Assembly: GCF_036588685.1 (NCBI RefSeq)
Contig: NC_086377.1
Span: 1,860,001-1,924,000, forward strand
Reading direction: 5' to 3'
DNA from: Mytilus trossulus
Taxonomy: Eukaryota
DNA length: 64,000 bases
Of the stretch, positions 25,251 through 39,417 are shown in pieces. The notes beneath the pieces were generated by a model. It saw nothing but the letters and a program-made list of their open reading frames with translations, was not told the origin of the DNA and made no database searches. Within the stretch, counting starts at the first letter, position 1; every line of letters starts with the position of its first letter. A program made the position numbers and the translations under genes.

Positions 25251-26457
25251 GTACATTGATTTTTAGCTCACCTGGACCAAAGGGCCAAATGACCTTTTCT
25301 CATCACTTGGCGTCCATTGTCTGTCATCGTCGTTAACTTTTACAAAAATCTTCTTCTCTGAAACTACTGGATCAAATTCAACCAAAGTTGGCCAAAATCA
25401 TCATTGGGGTATCTCATTTAAAAAAATGTGTCCGGTGACCCAGCCAACCAACCAAGATGGCTGACAGGGCTGAATATAGAACATAGGGGTAAAATCTAGA
25501 TTTTGGCTTATATCTCTAAAACCAAAGCATTAAGAGCAAATCTGCCTGGGATAAATTTTTCTCATTTCAGATTTCAGAAATTAAAAAGTATTTTTCTTTA
25601 AATATTTTTTTTGGAGTGGATAAACATTTAACAGCATATTTTATTGCTCAAAAGCAAAAACAAATTTTAAATACATTCATTCTGTGTCAACCTTTGCTGT
25701 GTCAACTATTTAATCAGAATCCAAATTCAGAGCTGTATCAAGCTTGAATGTTGTTTCAATACTTGCCCTAACAGTTCAGGGTTTGACCTCTGCTGTCGTA
25801 TAAAGCTGCGCTCTGCGTAGCATGTGGTTTTTGATAATGATTGCAGGATAAAGCTGATAAAGAGAATACAGAAGTCCACCATTTAATGTAGTAATTAAAC
25901 ATCACTGTTTATCCTTTTGGATGAAACATGTCTTCTAATTGGCTGACGGTATTTTGTTATCAGCCCATAGACATAATTAAGTCATGTGACCATGACGTCA
26001 TCAATGATTTTTCATGGTTGACTATGGTTTGAAATGGAATTTAGAATTAAATTATAAGAAATGTCTTATATTTTTTCTGTCTATTCGAAATAACATAAAA
26101 AATGAGATGCACACTGTTAAATAACCCACTACGCTCGTTATTCAGTGTGCACCACATTTTTTATGTTATTTCGAATAGACAGAAAAAAATATTAGTCATT
26201 TCTTAAATGAAAAATCCCATTTTTATTGAATAATATGGTTAATGTTTTAATAGAAAAAAAAAGATGCGGTATGAATGCCAATGAGAAAACTCTCCACAAG
26301 AGACCAAAATGACACAGAAACTAACAACTATATTGCCTTCAACAATGAGCAAAGCCCATACCACATAGTCAGTTATAAAAAGCCCAGAAATGACAAATGT
26401 AAGTAAAACAATTTACACGAGAAAACTAATGGCCTTATAAATGTTATTTTATTTTAG

Positions 26458-26598
26458 TCTGTCCGGCTGGAACCTTTGGTAACTTATGTGAACAAAAATG
26501 TACATGGTGTGATGAAGGACAATTCTGTGACCATATCACTGGTCAGTGTCTGGCCATCACCTGTCCACCTGGTTATACTGGACATACCTGTCAGAAGG
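26458..26598 (+). CDS. EGF exon [14 protein letters not shown]...GHTCQK
   Basis: TTTTAG acceptor; G|GTAAGT donor; phase 1 in and out. Confidence 0.92.
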
Positions 26599-26604
26599 GT
26601 AAGT

Positions 26605-29600
26605 GGTCACTTGTAAAATAACATTAAAACAAGTATGAATAAAAGGTGACTTCATTAAGACAGCAACCCAATGACACACAACAACTTTGGGTAATATACT
26701 ATCCTGGTCACATATAAAATAAACATGGGGTGGATAAAAGGTGACTTCAATAAGACAGCAACCCAGTGACACACACAAACTTTGGGTAATATACTATCCT
26801 GGTCACATATAAAATAAACATGGGGTGAATAAAAGGTGACTTCAATAAGACAGCAACCCATTGACACACAAAAACTTTGGGTTTTATACTATCCTGGTCA
26901 CATATAAAATAAACATGGGGTGGATAAAAGGTGACTTCAATAAGACAGCAACCCAGTGACACACACAAACTTTGGGTAATATACTATCCTGGTCACATAT
27001 AAAATAAACATGGGGTGGATAAAAGGTGACTTCAATAAGACAGCAACCCATTGACACACAAAAACTTTGGGTTTTATACTATCCTGGTCACATATAAAAC
27101 AACATTAAAACAAGTATGAATAAAAGGTGACTTCAATAAGACAGCAACCCAATGACACACACATACTTTGGGTTTTATACTTTCCTGGTCACATATAAAA
27201 TAAACATGGGGTGAATAAAAGGTGACTTCATTAAGACAGTAACCCAATGACACACAAAAACTTTGGGTAATTTACTATCCTGGTCACATATAAAATAAAC
27301 ATGGGGTGAATAAAAGGTGACTTCAATAAGACAGCAACCCAGTGACACACACAAACTTTGGGTAATATACTACCCTGGTCACTTATAAAATAAACATGGG
27401 GTGAATAAAAGCTGACTTCAATAAGACAGTAACCCAGTGACACACAAAAACTTTGGGTTTTATACTTTCCTGGTCACATATAAAATAAACATGGGGTGAA
27501 TAAAAGCTGACTTCAATAAGACAGTAACCCAGTGACACACAAAAAGTTTGGGTTTTATACTTTCCTGGTCACATATAAAATAAACATGGGGTGAATAAAA
27601 GGTGACTTCATTAAGACAGCAACCCAATGACACACAAAAACTTTGGGTAATATACTTTCCTGGTCACATATAAAATAAACATGGGGTGAATAAAAGCTGA
27701 CTTCAATAAGACAGTAACCCAGTGACACACAAAAACTTTGGGTTTTATACTTTCCTGGTCACATATAAAATAAACATGGGGTGGATAAAAGGTGACTTCA
27801 GTAAGACAGCAACCCAGTGACACACACAAACTTTGGGTAATATACTATCCTGGTCACATATAAAATAAACATGGGGGGGGGGATAAAAGGTGACTTCAAT
27901 AAGACAGCAACCCAATGACACACAAAAACTTTGGGTAATATACTATCCTGGTCACATATAAAATAAACATGGGGTGGATAAAAGGTGACTTCATTAAGAC
28001 AGCAACCCAGTGACACACAAAAACTTTGGGTAATATACTATCCTGGTCACATATAAAATAAACATGGGGTGGATAAAAGGTGACTTCATTAAGACAGCAA
28101 CCCAGTGACACACAAAAACTTTGGGTAATATACTATCCTGGTCACATATAATATAAACATGGGGTGGATAAAAGGTGACTTCAATAAGACAGTAACCCAG
28201 TGACACACAAAAACTTTGGGTTTTATACTTTCCTGGTCACATATAAAATAAACATGGGGTGGATAAAAGGTGACTTCAGTAAGACAGCAACCCAGTGACA
28301 CACACAAACTTTGGGTTTTATACTATCCTGGTCACATATAAAATAAACATGGGGTGAATAAAAGGTGACTTCATTAAGACAGCGACCCAATGACACACAA
28401 AAACTTTGGGTAATATACTATCCTGGTCACATATAAAACAAACATGGGGTGGATAAAAGGTGACTTCATTAAGACAGCAACCCAGTGACACACAAAAACT
28501 TTGGGTAATATACTATCCTGGTCACATATAAAATAAACATAGGGGGGATAAAAGGTGACTTCAATAAGACAGTAACCCAGTGACACACAAAAACTTTGGG
28601 TAATATACTATCCTGGTCACATATAAAATAAACATGGGGTGGATAAAAGGTGACTTCAATAAGACAGCAACCCAGTGACACACAAAAACTTTGGGTATTA
28701 TACTATCCTGGTCACATATAAAATAAACATGGGGGGGATAAAAGGTGACTTCAATAAGACAGCAACCCATTGACACACACAAACTTTGGGTAATATACTA
28801 TCCTGGTCACATATAAAATAAACATGGGGGGGGGATAAAAGGTGACTTCAATAAGACAGCAACCCAATGACACACAAAAACTTTGGGTAATATACTATCC
28901 TGGTCACATATAAAATAAACATGGGGGGGATAAAAGGTGACTTCAATAAGACAGTAACCCAATGACACACACAAACTTTGGGTATTATACTATCCTGGTC
29001 ACATATAAAATAAACATGGGGTGGATAAAAGGTGACTTCAATAAGACATCAACCCAGTGACACACACAAACTTTGGGTATTATACTATCCTGGTCACATA
29101 TAAAATAAACATGGGGTGAATAAAAGGTGACTTCAATAAGACAGCAACCCAGTGACACACAAATACTTTGGGTAATATACTTTCCTGGTCACATATAAAA
29201 CAACATTAAAAACATGGGGTGAATAAAAGGTGACTTCAATAAGACAGTAACCCAGTGACACACAAATACTTTGGGTAATATACTATCCTGGTCACATATA
29301 AAATAAACATGGGGTGGATAAAAGGTGACTTCAATAAGACAGTAACCCAGTGACACACAAATACTTTGGGTAATATACTATCCTGGTCACATATAAAATA
29401 AACATGGGGTGGATAAAAGGTGACTTCAATAAGACAGCAACCCAGTGACACACAAAAACTGTGGGTAATATACTTTCCTGGTCACATATAAAATAAACAT
29501 GAGGTGGATAAAAGGTGACTTCAATAAGTCAGTAACCCAATGACACACAAAAACTGTGGGTAATATACTTTCCTGGTCACATATAAAACAACATTAAAAA

Positions 29601-31981
29601 CATGGGGTGGATAAAAGGTGACTTCAATAAGACAGTAACCCAGTGACACACACAAACTTTGGGTAATATACTATCCTGGTCACATATAAAATAAACATGG
29701 GGTGGATAAAAGGTGACTTCAATAAGACAGTAACCCAGTGACACACACAAACTTTGGGTAATATACTTTCCTGGTCACATATAAAACAACATTAAAAACA
29801 TGGGGTGGATAACAGATGACTTCAATAAGACAGTAACCCAGTGACACACACAAACTTTGGGTAATATACTATCCTGGTCACATATAAAATAAACATGGGG
29901 TGGATAAAAGGTGACTTCAATAAGACAGTAACCCAGTGACACACAAACACTTTGGGTAATATACTTTCCTGGTCACATATAAAATAAACATGGGGTGGAT
30001 AAAAGGTGACTTCAATAAGACAGTAACCCAATGACACACACAAACTTTGGGTAATATACTATCCTGGTCACATATAAAATAAACATAGGGTGGATAAAAG
30101 GTGACTTCAATAAGACAGTAACCCAGTGACACACAAAAACTTTGGGTATTATACTTTCCTGGTCACATATAAAACAACATTAAAAACATGGGGTGGATAA
30201 AAGGTGACTTCAATAAGACAGTAACCCAATGACACACAAAAACTTTGGGTAATATACTATCCTGGTCACATATAAAATAAACATGGGGTGAATAAAAGGT
30301 GACTTCAATAAGACAGCATCCCAGTGACACACAAAAACTTTGGGTAATATACTATCCTGGTCACATATAAAACAACATTAAAAACATGGGGTGAATAAAG
30401 GTGACTTCAATAAGACAGCAACCCAGTGACACACAAAAACTTTGGGTAATATACTATCCTGGTCACATATAAAATAAACATGGGGTGAATAAAAGGTGAC
30501 TTCAATAAGACAGTAACCCAGTGACACACACAAACTTTGGGTAATATACTATCCTGGTCACATATAAAATAAACATGGGGTGAATAAAAGGTGACTTCAA
30601 TAAGACAGTAACCCAGTGACACACAAACACTTTGGGTAATATACTATCCTGGTCACATATAAAATAAACATGGGGTGGATAAAAGGTGACTTCAATAAGA
30701 CAGTAACCCAATGACACACAAAAACTTTGGGTAATATACTATCCTGGTCACATATAAAATAAACATGGGGTGAATAAAAGGTGACTTCAATAAGACAGTA
30801 ACCCAGTGACACACAAACACTTTGGGTAATATACTATCCTGGTCACATATAAAATAAACATGGGGTGAATAAAAGGTGACTTCAATAAGACAGTAACCCA
30901 GTGACACACAAACACTTTGGGTAATATACTATCCTGGTCACATATAAAATAAACATGGGGTGAATAAAAGGTGACTTCAATAAGACAGTAACCCAATGAC
31001 ACACAAAAACTTTGGGTAATATACTATCCTGGTCACATATAAAATAAACATGGGGTGAATAAAAGGTGACTTCAATAAGACAGTAACCCAATGACACACA
31101 AAAACTTTGGGTAATATACTATCCTGGTCACATATAAAATAAACATGGGGTGAATAAAAGGTGACTTCAATAAGACAGTAACCCAGTGACACACACAAAC
31201 TTTGGGAAATATACTATCCTGGTCACATATAAAATAAACATGGGGTGGATAAAAGGTGACTTCAATAAGACAGTAACCCAGTGACACACAACCACTTTGG
31301 GTAATATACTATCCTGGTCACTTATAAAATAAACATGGGGTGAATAAAAGGTGACTTCAATAAGACAGTAACCCAGTGACACACAAACACTTTGGGTAAT
31401 ATACTATCCTGGTCACATATAAAATAAACATGGGGTGGATAAAAGGTGACTTCAATAAGACAGCAACCCAGTGACACACAAAAACTTTGGGTATTATACT
31501 TTCCTGGTCACATATAAAATAAACATGGGGTGAATAAAAGGTGACTTCAATAAGACAGTAACCCAATGACACACACAAACTTTGGGTAATATACTATCCT
31601 GGTCACATATAAAATAAACATGGGGTGAATAAAAGGTGACTTCAATAAGACAGTAACCCAATGACACACAAAAACTTTGGGTAATATACTATCCTGGTCA
31701 CTTATAAAATAAACATGGGGTGGATAAAAGGTGACTTCAATAAGACAGTAACCCAATGACACACACAAACTTTGGGTAATATACTATCCTGGTCACATAT
31801 AAAATAAACATGGGGTGAATAAAAGGTGACTTCAATAAGACAGTAACCCAATGACACACAAAAACTTTGGGTAATATACTATCCTGGTCACTTATAAAAT
31901 AAACATGGGGTGGATAAAAGGTGACTTCATTAAGACATCAACCCAGTGACACACAAAAACTTTGGGTAATATACTTTCCTG
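26605..31981. repeat. 95-bp intronic satellite, ~56 copies
   Basis: The 95-bp period is visible in both sequence and ORF spacing; it starts about 6 nt after the donor at 26599. Confidence 0.95.
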
Positions 31982-32136
31982 AAAACATTAGATTCATTCT
32001 TTGAGAAATGCATATTTCCACCTCTCAAGATATTCTGGAACGGGATAAATCGTTTCTAGGTGTCAATCTTACTAAACACAGGTTGAAATATTATTTTCAT
32101 TAAAGTTATATCATATTATGGAGATTTATCCTACAC

Positions 32137-32496
32137 TAAAATTGAGAATGGAAATAGGGAATGTGTCAAAGAGACAACAACCTGACCAAATAAAAAAAAC
32201 AACAGCAGACGGTCACCAACAGGTCTTCAATGTAGCAAGAAATTCCCGCACCCGGAGGCGTCCTTCAGCTGGCCCCTAAACAAATATATACTACGGTAGT
32301 TCAGTGATAATGAACGCCATACTAATTTCCAAATTGTACACAAGAAACTAATATTAAAATAATACAAGACTAACAAAGGCCAGAGGCTCCTGACTTGGGA
32401 CAGACGCAAAAATGCAGCGGGGTTAAACATGTTTGTGAGATCTCAACCCTCCCCTATACCTCTAGCCAATGTAAAAAAGTAAACGCATAACAATAC
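32137..32496. mobile_element. Abundant SINE-like interspersed repeat (copies at ~10935, ~11645, 62630-62832)
   Basis: TAAAATTGAGAATGGAAAT..GAATGTGTCAAAGAGACAACAAC recurs four times in the window. Confidence 0.7.
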
Positions 32497-33111
32497 TGTT
32501 TATTTGTAAAGAAAACAATTACTTCGTCTTTCACTCATGAAATAGAAAAATGAATGAAATCCAAATATAAAAATGCATTGTTCAACCTAATTATATTCTG
32601 GAGAAGAGATTAATCTTTTCTAGGTGTCAATCTAAATAAATCCAGCTTAAAATATTATTTGCAGAAAAGTTATATCTAGTGATTATTGAGATATGCTCTT
32701 AATTTTCTCGTTTGAATTGTTTTGCATTGTCTTATCAAGGCCTTTTATAGCTGACTTTGCGGTATGGGCTTTGCTCAACGTGAAGGCTGTATGATGACCT
32801 ATAGTTGTTTATGTCTGTGTCATTTTGGTCTTTTGTGGATAGTTGTCTCATTGGCAATCATACCACATCTTCTTTTTTATATCTAATATCAATGCATCGT
32901 TTTAGAATCTAATGCATTCTGGGTAATAAATGCATAAGCGTACACCAAAATGTTTTGATTGGTTAAAAACATTTTAAACGATTGAAATTCAACCGATGAT
33001 GTAAGGTTATTTTAAGTTTGGTGTACGAACAATGAGATTATTACCCATAGTTCAATAGTTGCTTCTTTTGTTTTGTACCATAATTATTTTGTCATAAGAG
33101 TACAATAGAAA

Positions 33112-34309
33112 GTCCTAACTACTATCATTTTCAACTTTCAGTTTGACCTTAATGTAAGGGCTATTCCATAAAAATATATGTGGGAGGGTAGGAATGGGCT
33201 TAAAATAGCCATGAACCATTTTTTTTTTAGATAATTTTGCGTACTGAAAAAGTCCCATTCAATTATCAAAACTTCCTTTTCTACCCTCCTACATACATTT
33301 AATTGGAATAGCTCTGATAGACTATACAAATGTCCTAACTACTTTCAGTTCCCAAAGGAACATCAAGAGTAGACTGTTTAGACAAATCTAACTACTTTCA
33401 TTTTCTACTTTCAGTTTGTCCTAAAGGAACATCTAGAGTAGACTGTTTAGACAAATGTCCTAACTACTTTCGTTTTCTACTTTCAGTTTGTCCCAAAGGA
33501 ACATCTGGAGTAGACTGTTTAGACAAAGGTCCTAACTACTTTCGTTTTCTACTTTCAGTTTGTCCCAAAGGAACATCAGGAGTAGACTGTTGAGACAAAT
33601 CTAAGTACTTTCATTTTCTACTTTCAGTTTGTCCTAAAGGAACATCTAGAGTAGACTGTTTAGGCAAATCTAACTACTTTCATTTTCTACTTTCAGTTTG
33701 TCCCAAAGGAACATCAGGAGTAGACTGTTTAGACAAATCTAACTACTTTCATTTTCTACTTTCAGTTTGTCCTAAAGGAACATCAGGAGTAGACTGTTTA
33801 GACAAATGTCCTAACTACTTTCATTTTCTACTTTCAGTTTGTCACAAAGGAACATCAGGAGTAGACTGTTTAGACAAATGTCCTAACTACTTTCATTTTC
33901 TACTTTCAGTTTGTCACAAAGGAACATCAGGAGTAGACTGTTTAGACAAATGTCCTAACTACTTTCATTTTCTACTTTCAGTTTGTCCCAAAGGAACATC
34001 AGGAGTAGACTGTTGAGACAAATCTAAGTACTTTCATTTTCTACTTTCAGTTTGTCCTAAAGGAACATCTAGAGTAGACTGTTTAGACAAATCTAACTAC
34101 TTTCATTTTCTACTTTCAGTTTGTCCCAAAGGAACATCAGGAGTAGACTGTTTAGACAAATCTAACTACTTTCATTTTCTACTTTCAGTTTGTCCTAAAG
34201 GAACATCAGGAGTAGACTGTTTAGACAAATGTCCTAACTACTTTCATTTTCTACTTTCAGTTTGTCCCAAAGGAACATCTGGAGTAGACTGTTTAGACAA
34301 ATGTCCTAA
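33112..34309 (+). repeat. 69/72-bp splice-acceptor tandem array, ~15 copies
   Basis: Unit CTACTTTCATTTTCTACTTTCAG|TTTGTCCCAAAGGAACATCAGGAGTAGACTGTTTAGACAAATGTCCTAA. Confidence 0.95.
33157..33315. mobile_element. MITE inserted in the distal unit of an acceptor array
   Basis: TIR AGGGCTATTCCA / TGGAATAGCTCT, plus inner inverted TATGTGGGAGGGTAG / CTACCCTCCTACATA. Confidence 0.75.
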
Positions 34310-34392
34310 GTGTGACAATGGAGGGTTATGTGATTATAGATCAGGGAAGTGTATCTGTTTACCTGGCTTTAGAGGAGATTTCTGTCAAGCTG
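34261..34392 (+). CDS. EGF exon CPKGTSGVDCLDKCPKC...GDFCQA
   Basis: Last acceptor of the 69/72-bp array; G|GTAATT donor; phase 1 in and out. Confidence 0.92.
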
Positions 34393-34679
34393 GTAATTAA
34401 TTATGCAGTTTCTATTTTATTTTTGAAATTGACAGGTTGATATTTAAACAATGTTAACTGTTTTATTTTCAGTATATAATGTTGATTTAGAAAACATGTT
34501 TAATACAACATTTCATTTATAAAGATACTTCAATATTATATGTTAACTTGTAAGCCGTACCTTGACCTATATGTTTACTTTATAAATTGTAATTTAAATG
34601 GAGAGTAATGTCTCATTGGCACTCATACCACATCTTCCTATATCCATATAGACAGACTGGATGAATATTATCCATTACT

Positions 34680-36065
34680 TGACATAAAATTGGCAAAAAT
34701 CTAACAGTCACATGACATTAAATTGACAACAAAGTCACATGACATAAAAGTGACAACAATCTGTCAGTCACATGACATAAAAATGACAACAATATACCAG
34801 TAACATTACATAAAAGTGACAACAATCTACCAGTCACATTACATAAAAGTGACAACAATCTAACAGTCACATGACATAAAATTGACAACAATCTACCAGT
34901 CACATGACATAAAAGTGACAACAATCTACCAGTCACATGACATAAAAGTGACAACATTCTTCCAGTCACATGACATAAAAGTGACAACAATCTACCAGTC
35001 ACATGACATAAAAGTGACAACAATCTACCAGTTACTTGACATAAAAGTAACAACAATCTACCAGTCAGATGACATAAAAGTGACAACAATCTACCAGTTA
35101 CTTGACATAAAAGAGACAACAATCTACCAGTCAGATGACATAAAAGTGACAACAATCTACCAGTCAGATGACATAAAAGTGACAACAATCTACCAGTCAC
35201 ATGACATAAAAGTGACAACAATCTACCAGTCATATGACATAAACATGACAACAATCTACCAGTCACATGACATAAAAGTGACAACAATCTACCAGTCACA
35301 TGACATAAAAGTGACATCAATCTACCAATCACGTGACGTAAAAGTGACAACAATCGGTCAGTAATATGACATAAAAGTGACAACAATCTACCAGTCACAT
35401 GACATAAAAGTGACAACAATCTGTCAGTCACATGACATAAAAGTGACAACAATCTACCAGTCACATCACATAAAAGTGACAACAATCTGGCAGTCACATC
35501 ACATAAAAGTGACAACCATATGGCAGTCACATCACATAAAAGTGACAACAATCTACCAGTCACATGACATAAAAGTGACAACAATCTGTCAGTCACATGA
35601 CATAAAAGTGACAACAATCTACCAGTCACATCACATAAAAGTGACAACTATATGACAGTCACATGACATAAAAGTGACAACAATCTACCAGTCAGATGAC
35701 ATAAAAGTGACAACAATCTACCAGTTACTTGACATAAAAGTCACAACCATAGGCATGACATAAAAGTGACAATCATGTGGCAGTCACATGACATAAAAGT
35801 GACAACCATATGGCAGTCAAATGACATAAAAGTGAAAACTATATGGCAGTCACATGACATAAAAGTGACAACCATATCCAAGTCACATGACATAAAAGTG
35901 ACAACCATTTGCCAGTCACATGACATTAAAGTGACAGCCATATGGCAGTCACATGACATAAAAGTGACAGCCATATGGAAGTCACATGACATAAAAGTTA
36001 CAACCATATGTCAGTCACATGACATAAAAATTACAATAATCCATTCATATGACATAAAAGTCAAT
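34680..36065. repeat. 33-bp minisatellite, ~40 copies
   Basis: GACATAAAAGTGACAACAATCTACCAGTCACAT. Confidence 0.95.
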
Positions 36066-36222
36066 AACTTATCATTGATTGGGAAAGAATGCTTAAATAT
36101 TTTGTGAACTCAGGATGACATTTCCTCCCCCTTCCATAATCAGCTGAGTAGATAATAAACATTGTTACAAAACTAAACAAAAACACTGCTTATTAATTGT
36201 CAATCATTATTTTATCAAACAG

Positions 36223-36351
36223 AGTGTCCAAAGTCCAAATATGGTATAGGATGTAAAACCACATGTAACTGTGAGAATCAAGCATACTGTCGACCAAGTG
36301 ATGGCTTCTGTAAATGTTTACCTGGCTACATGGGAGTCACATGTTCTCAAA
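36223..36351 (+). CDS. EGF exon CPKSKYGIGCKTTCNC...GVTCSQ
   Basis: ACAG acceptor; GTAAGT donor; phase 1 in and out. Confidence 0.92.
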
Positions 36352-36873
36352 GTAAGTCACATGATCTCATAGCTAGTCACATGATCTCAAAATTTAAGTC
36401 ACATGGTCTTAAGAGTAAGTCAAATGATCTTAGAGTAAGTCAAATGATCTCAGAGTAAATCACATGGTCTCAGAGTAAGTCAAATGGTCTAAGAGTAAGT
36501 CAAATGATCTCAGAGTAAGTCACATGGTCTCAGAGTGAACCAATAGTCTCAGAGTAAGTCACATGGTCTTAGAGTAAGTCACATGATTTCAGAGTAAGTT
36601 ATATGGTCTTATAGTAAACCAAATGATCTCAGAGTAAGTCACATGGTCTAAGAGTAAGTCACATGGTCTTAGAGTAAGTCACATGTTCTCAAAGTAAGTC
36701 ACATGGTCTAAGAGTAAGTCAAATGATCTCAGAGTAAGTCACATGGTCTTAGAGTAAGTCAAATGATCTCAGAGTAAGTCACATGTTGTCAGTGTAAGTC
36801 ACATAATCTCAAAAGTAAGTCACATGGTGTCAGAGTAAGTCACCTGGTCTCAGAGTAAGTCACATGATATCAG
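36335..36873 (+). repeat. 20-bp splice-donor tandem array, ~27 copies
   Basis: Unit CACATGGTCTCAGA|GTAAGT. Confidence 0.92.
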
Positions 36874-37065
36874 ATGAAATATATTTGTATGTTCCTTGCC
36901 ATTTTTACCCTCGTCTTTCTGTATGTTTGTCCGTAGGTACATCTCAAAATGGTTTCCATTCTCTAAATTAAGTTTTCTTCATCCAAATATCAAGAAACTT
37001 ATGCAAAACCTTTTTATTTTAAAACTCAGATTAAATTTGGAATTTTGATGGCATCACTTTTATTG

Positions 37066-37382
37066 TTCTAGAGTTATGTCCCTTTATTATGGTATATGTT
37101 CTTGAGTTATGTCCCTTTATTATGGTATATATGTTCTTGAGCTATGTCCCTTTATTATGGTATATGTTCTCGAGTTATGTCCCTTTAGTATGGTATATAT
37201 ATTCTAGAGTTATTTCCCTTTATTTATTGTATATGTTCTTGAGTTATGTCCCTTTATTATAGTATATATGTTCTTAAGTTATGTCCCTTTATTATGGTAT
37301 ATGTTCTTGAGTTATGTCCCTTTATTATGGTATATGTTCTTGAGTTATGTCCCTTTATTATGGTATATATGTTCTTGAGTTT
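37066..37382. repeat. 33-35-bp minisatellite, ~9 copies
   Basis: TTCTTGAGTTATGTCCCTTTATTATGGTATATG. Confidence 0.85.
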
Positions 37383-37664
37383 ATGAGATTGTGGGCATCA
37401 TATGTATCCCTGCTCTATTAAAAGTTTCATTGACTTTCATATTCACCGTTCTGTAGGGTAGTATAGAAATAATTGATGGAAGTCACATGACAGATGCAAC
37501 TCAAAACCACATCCCTGAACTGACATTTAAACAGTTGTCTGTACAATTTGAAAAAAATATTTTGGTTTCTTGTGAAATTTAATTCATATTATAACTTTTG
37601 GTTTCTAGTGAAATAGTTCAAATTATAAAATATAATTAATTGTTTTTTATTGTTGTGTTTTCAG

Positions 37665-37754
37665 CCTGCACTACTGGGTATTATGGAGAAAACTGCGCAA
37701 AGCAATGTCAATGTACAGACAAACAGGAATGTAACCCGGTGTATGGGTGTATAG
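37665..37754 (+). CDS. Last, partial EGF exon CTTGYYGENCAKQCQC...YGCI
   Basis: TTTTCAG acceptor; AG|GTATGT donor; phase 1 in and out. Confidence 0.9.
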   Translation, partial: PALLGIMEKTAQSNVNVQTNRNVTRCMGV

Positions 37755-37938
37755 GTATGTGTAAACAGCAGATAAGTTACCTGTTCTACAATGCTATATA
37801 AAAAAGAGGATGTGGTGTGACTGCCAATGAGACCTCTCCTCACAATGCTATGTTGATAAAGTGTATACAGTAGAAATGTCATCTGAAGTTAACTGACATT
37901 TCAAGAAAAGTATTTTATCCTTGCCCTTTAAAGGAGTA

Positions 37939-38111
37939 CAGTGTAACCTGTGTTATCAGAGACGCTGGGTGACAAGAAAAAAATGTCGGATTAAGTAGGG
38001 TGTTGGAATACTCAATGTTTTTCTGCAAGGATAGACATATTTTGGGACCATGAAAATAAGATTAAAGCAGGTTGTTGGAATCTCAGGTGTTGCATTAGGC
38101 AGGTTACACTG
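37939..38111. mobile_element. Tc1/mariner-type MITE
   Basis: TA|CAGTGTAACCTG ... CAGGTTACACTG|TA. Confidence 0.8.
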
Positions 38112-38357
38112 TATAAATGAAAAGGATAAAATCTTTTCATACTTTGCTTAAAGTAATATGTATGGAGTATGTTCAAAAATATAATAAAACAGATAAGTTA
38201 CCAAGCTTGTTTTCAAGCTACTGGTTGTGAAAAAATAATAGAAAACATTAATAGGTGAATAGAAGGTTATCTAAATGTTTGATATCTGAAATAATATATG
38301 AGAAGATAGTTCTTTTGAAATACTGTCAGAATATTAAAATGAAAAATTAAGGTTATA

Positions 38358-38817
38358 GGTGTAATACCACCATTGATTTTCCCCTATTAGTCTTTGTTAA
38401 ATTTGCACTTTTCAAAAAATTGTGCAGAATTGATCTTTGTTTCAAATAAAGATATACTTGGCATGAGTAAAGTTTTATCCTGTCCAGTTCTATAGAAAAA
38501 GTTTCACATCACATTTCATTGCATATAAGAATATAACCAAGGAAGTTAACCAATCAAATTTCTCCCCTTATTCTATCTGTGTACAAGGTTTAGTCACCAT
38601 GTAACCTCAAGATTACAAAATTTTCTATAGAAATCACAAATAAAAAATAATGGTGTTTTGAAATACCAAAGACATATGTTTATGACACAGAAATAGTTTT
38701 ACTGCAATAAAATGTAGGATTAATTACCTACAACGGTCAAATTCAAGGGAATATTTTTTTAGACCTACTTTCGTATGCAATCAGATGTGACTAACCATGA
38801 TTTGGTGGTATTACACC
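38358..38817. mobile_element. Non-autonomous TIR element (Kolobok-like GG..CC ends)
   Basis: TIR GGTGTAATACCACCA / TGGTGGTATTACACC in A/T flanks. Confidence 0.75.
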
Positions 38818-39213
38818 TAAAACATAGTTAAATATTCCTATTCCTCTATGAATTATACAATGTCAGAGTTACTTCCCCTTAGTACCCCCGAGTTGAACAA
38901 TTGAAATACAGTAAAGATATTATTTATTATAAGATATCGATATACACCATAAATTGTTCATTTCAACAACAACAATTATTTATATAAGTAAATAACATTC
39001 CTGCTTTTAAATTTGTTGACTTGATTGAAAATCTAATAGTATTGAGTTCTATCCTATTTAACAATTCAAGATGGCGGAAGACCAACCTTAATACTGGGTA
39101 AAACAGTCTGATTTTTCAGGGTAGTACAACTGATATGTATAAAAAAGATGAAAAAAATTATGTCAACTTGACAGCAACCAAACTTCATTTAATTTACCTT
39201 TTTTTTCTTTCAG

Positions 39214-39417
39214 GAAGAGATGCAGTAGGACATATCATTTCACCTTCTGAGACGGCCCCTCAAGAATCGGATCCAGCTGTTGCCATAGTGACAGTAATGA
39301 TTGTGTTGTTTCTATTGGTCGTATTGTTTGTAGGAGTTTACATGTACAGGAGAATGAGCAGATTGAAAAAAGAGAATGAAATCCTGAACTCTGTTCACTT
39401 CTCTAGTTCACAATCTG
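39214..39417 (+). CDS. Transmembrane exon (PAVAIVTVMIVLFLLVVLFVGVYMY-RRMSRLKK)
   Basis: Strong pyrimidine tract plus CAG; hydrophobic helix followed by basic residues; G|GTGAGT donor at 39418. Confidence 0.92.

Noticed and set aside
26557-31768. Dozens of 70-73 aa minus-strand ORFs resembling a gene family
   Set aside because: They are translations of the 95-bp satellite.
9858-34309. Dscam-like mutually exclusive exon clusters
   Set aside because: Units are near-identical partial exons carrying only one type of splice site, not complete diversified exons.
34718-36107. Long repetitive ORFs (LLSLLCHVTGR / HDIKVTTIYQS)
   Set aside because: Products of a 33-bp 3n minisatellite, with no splice or domain support.
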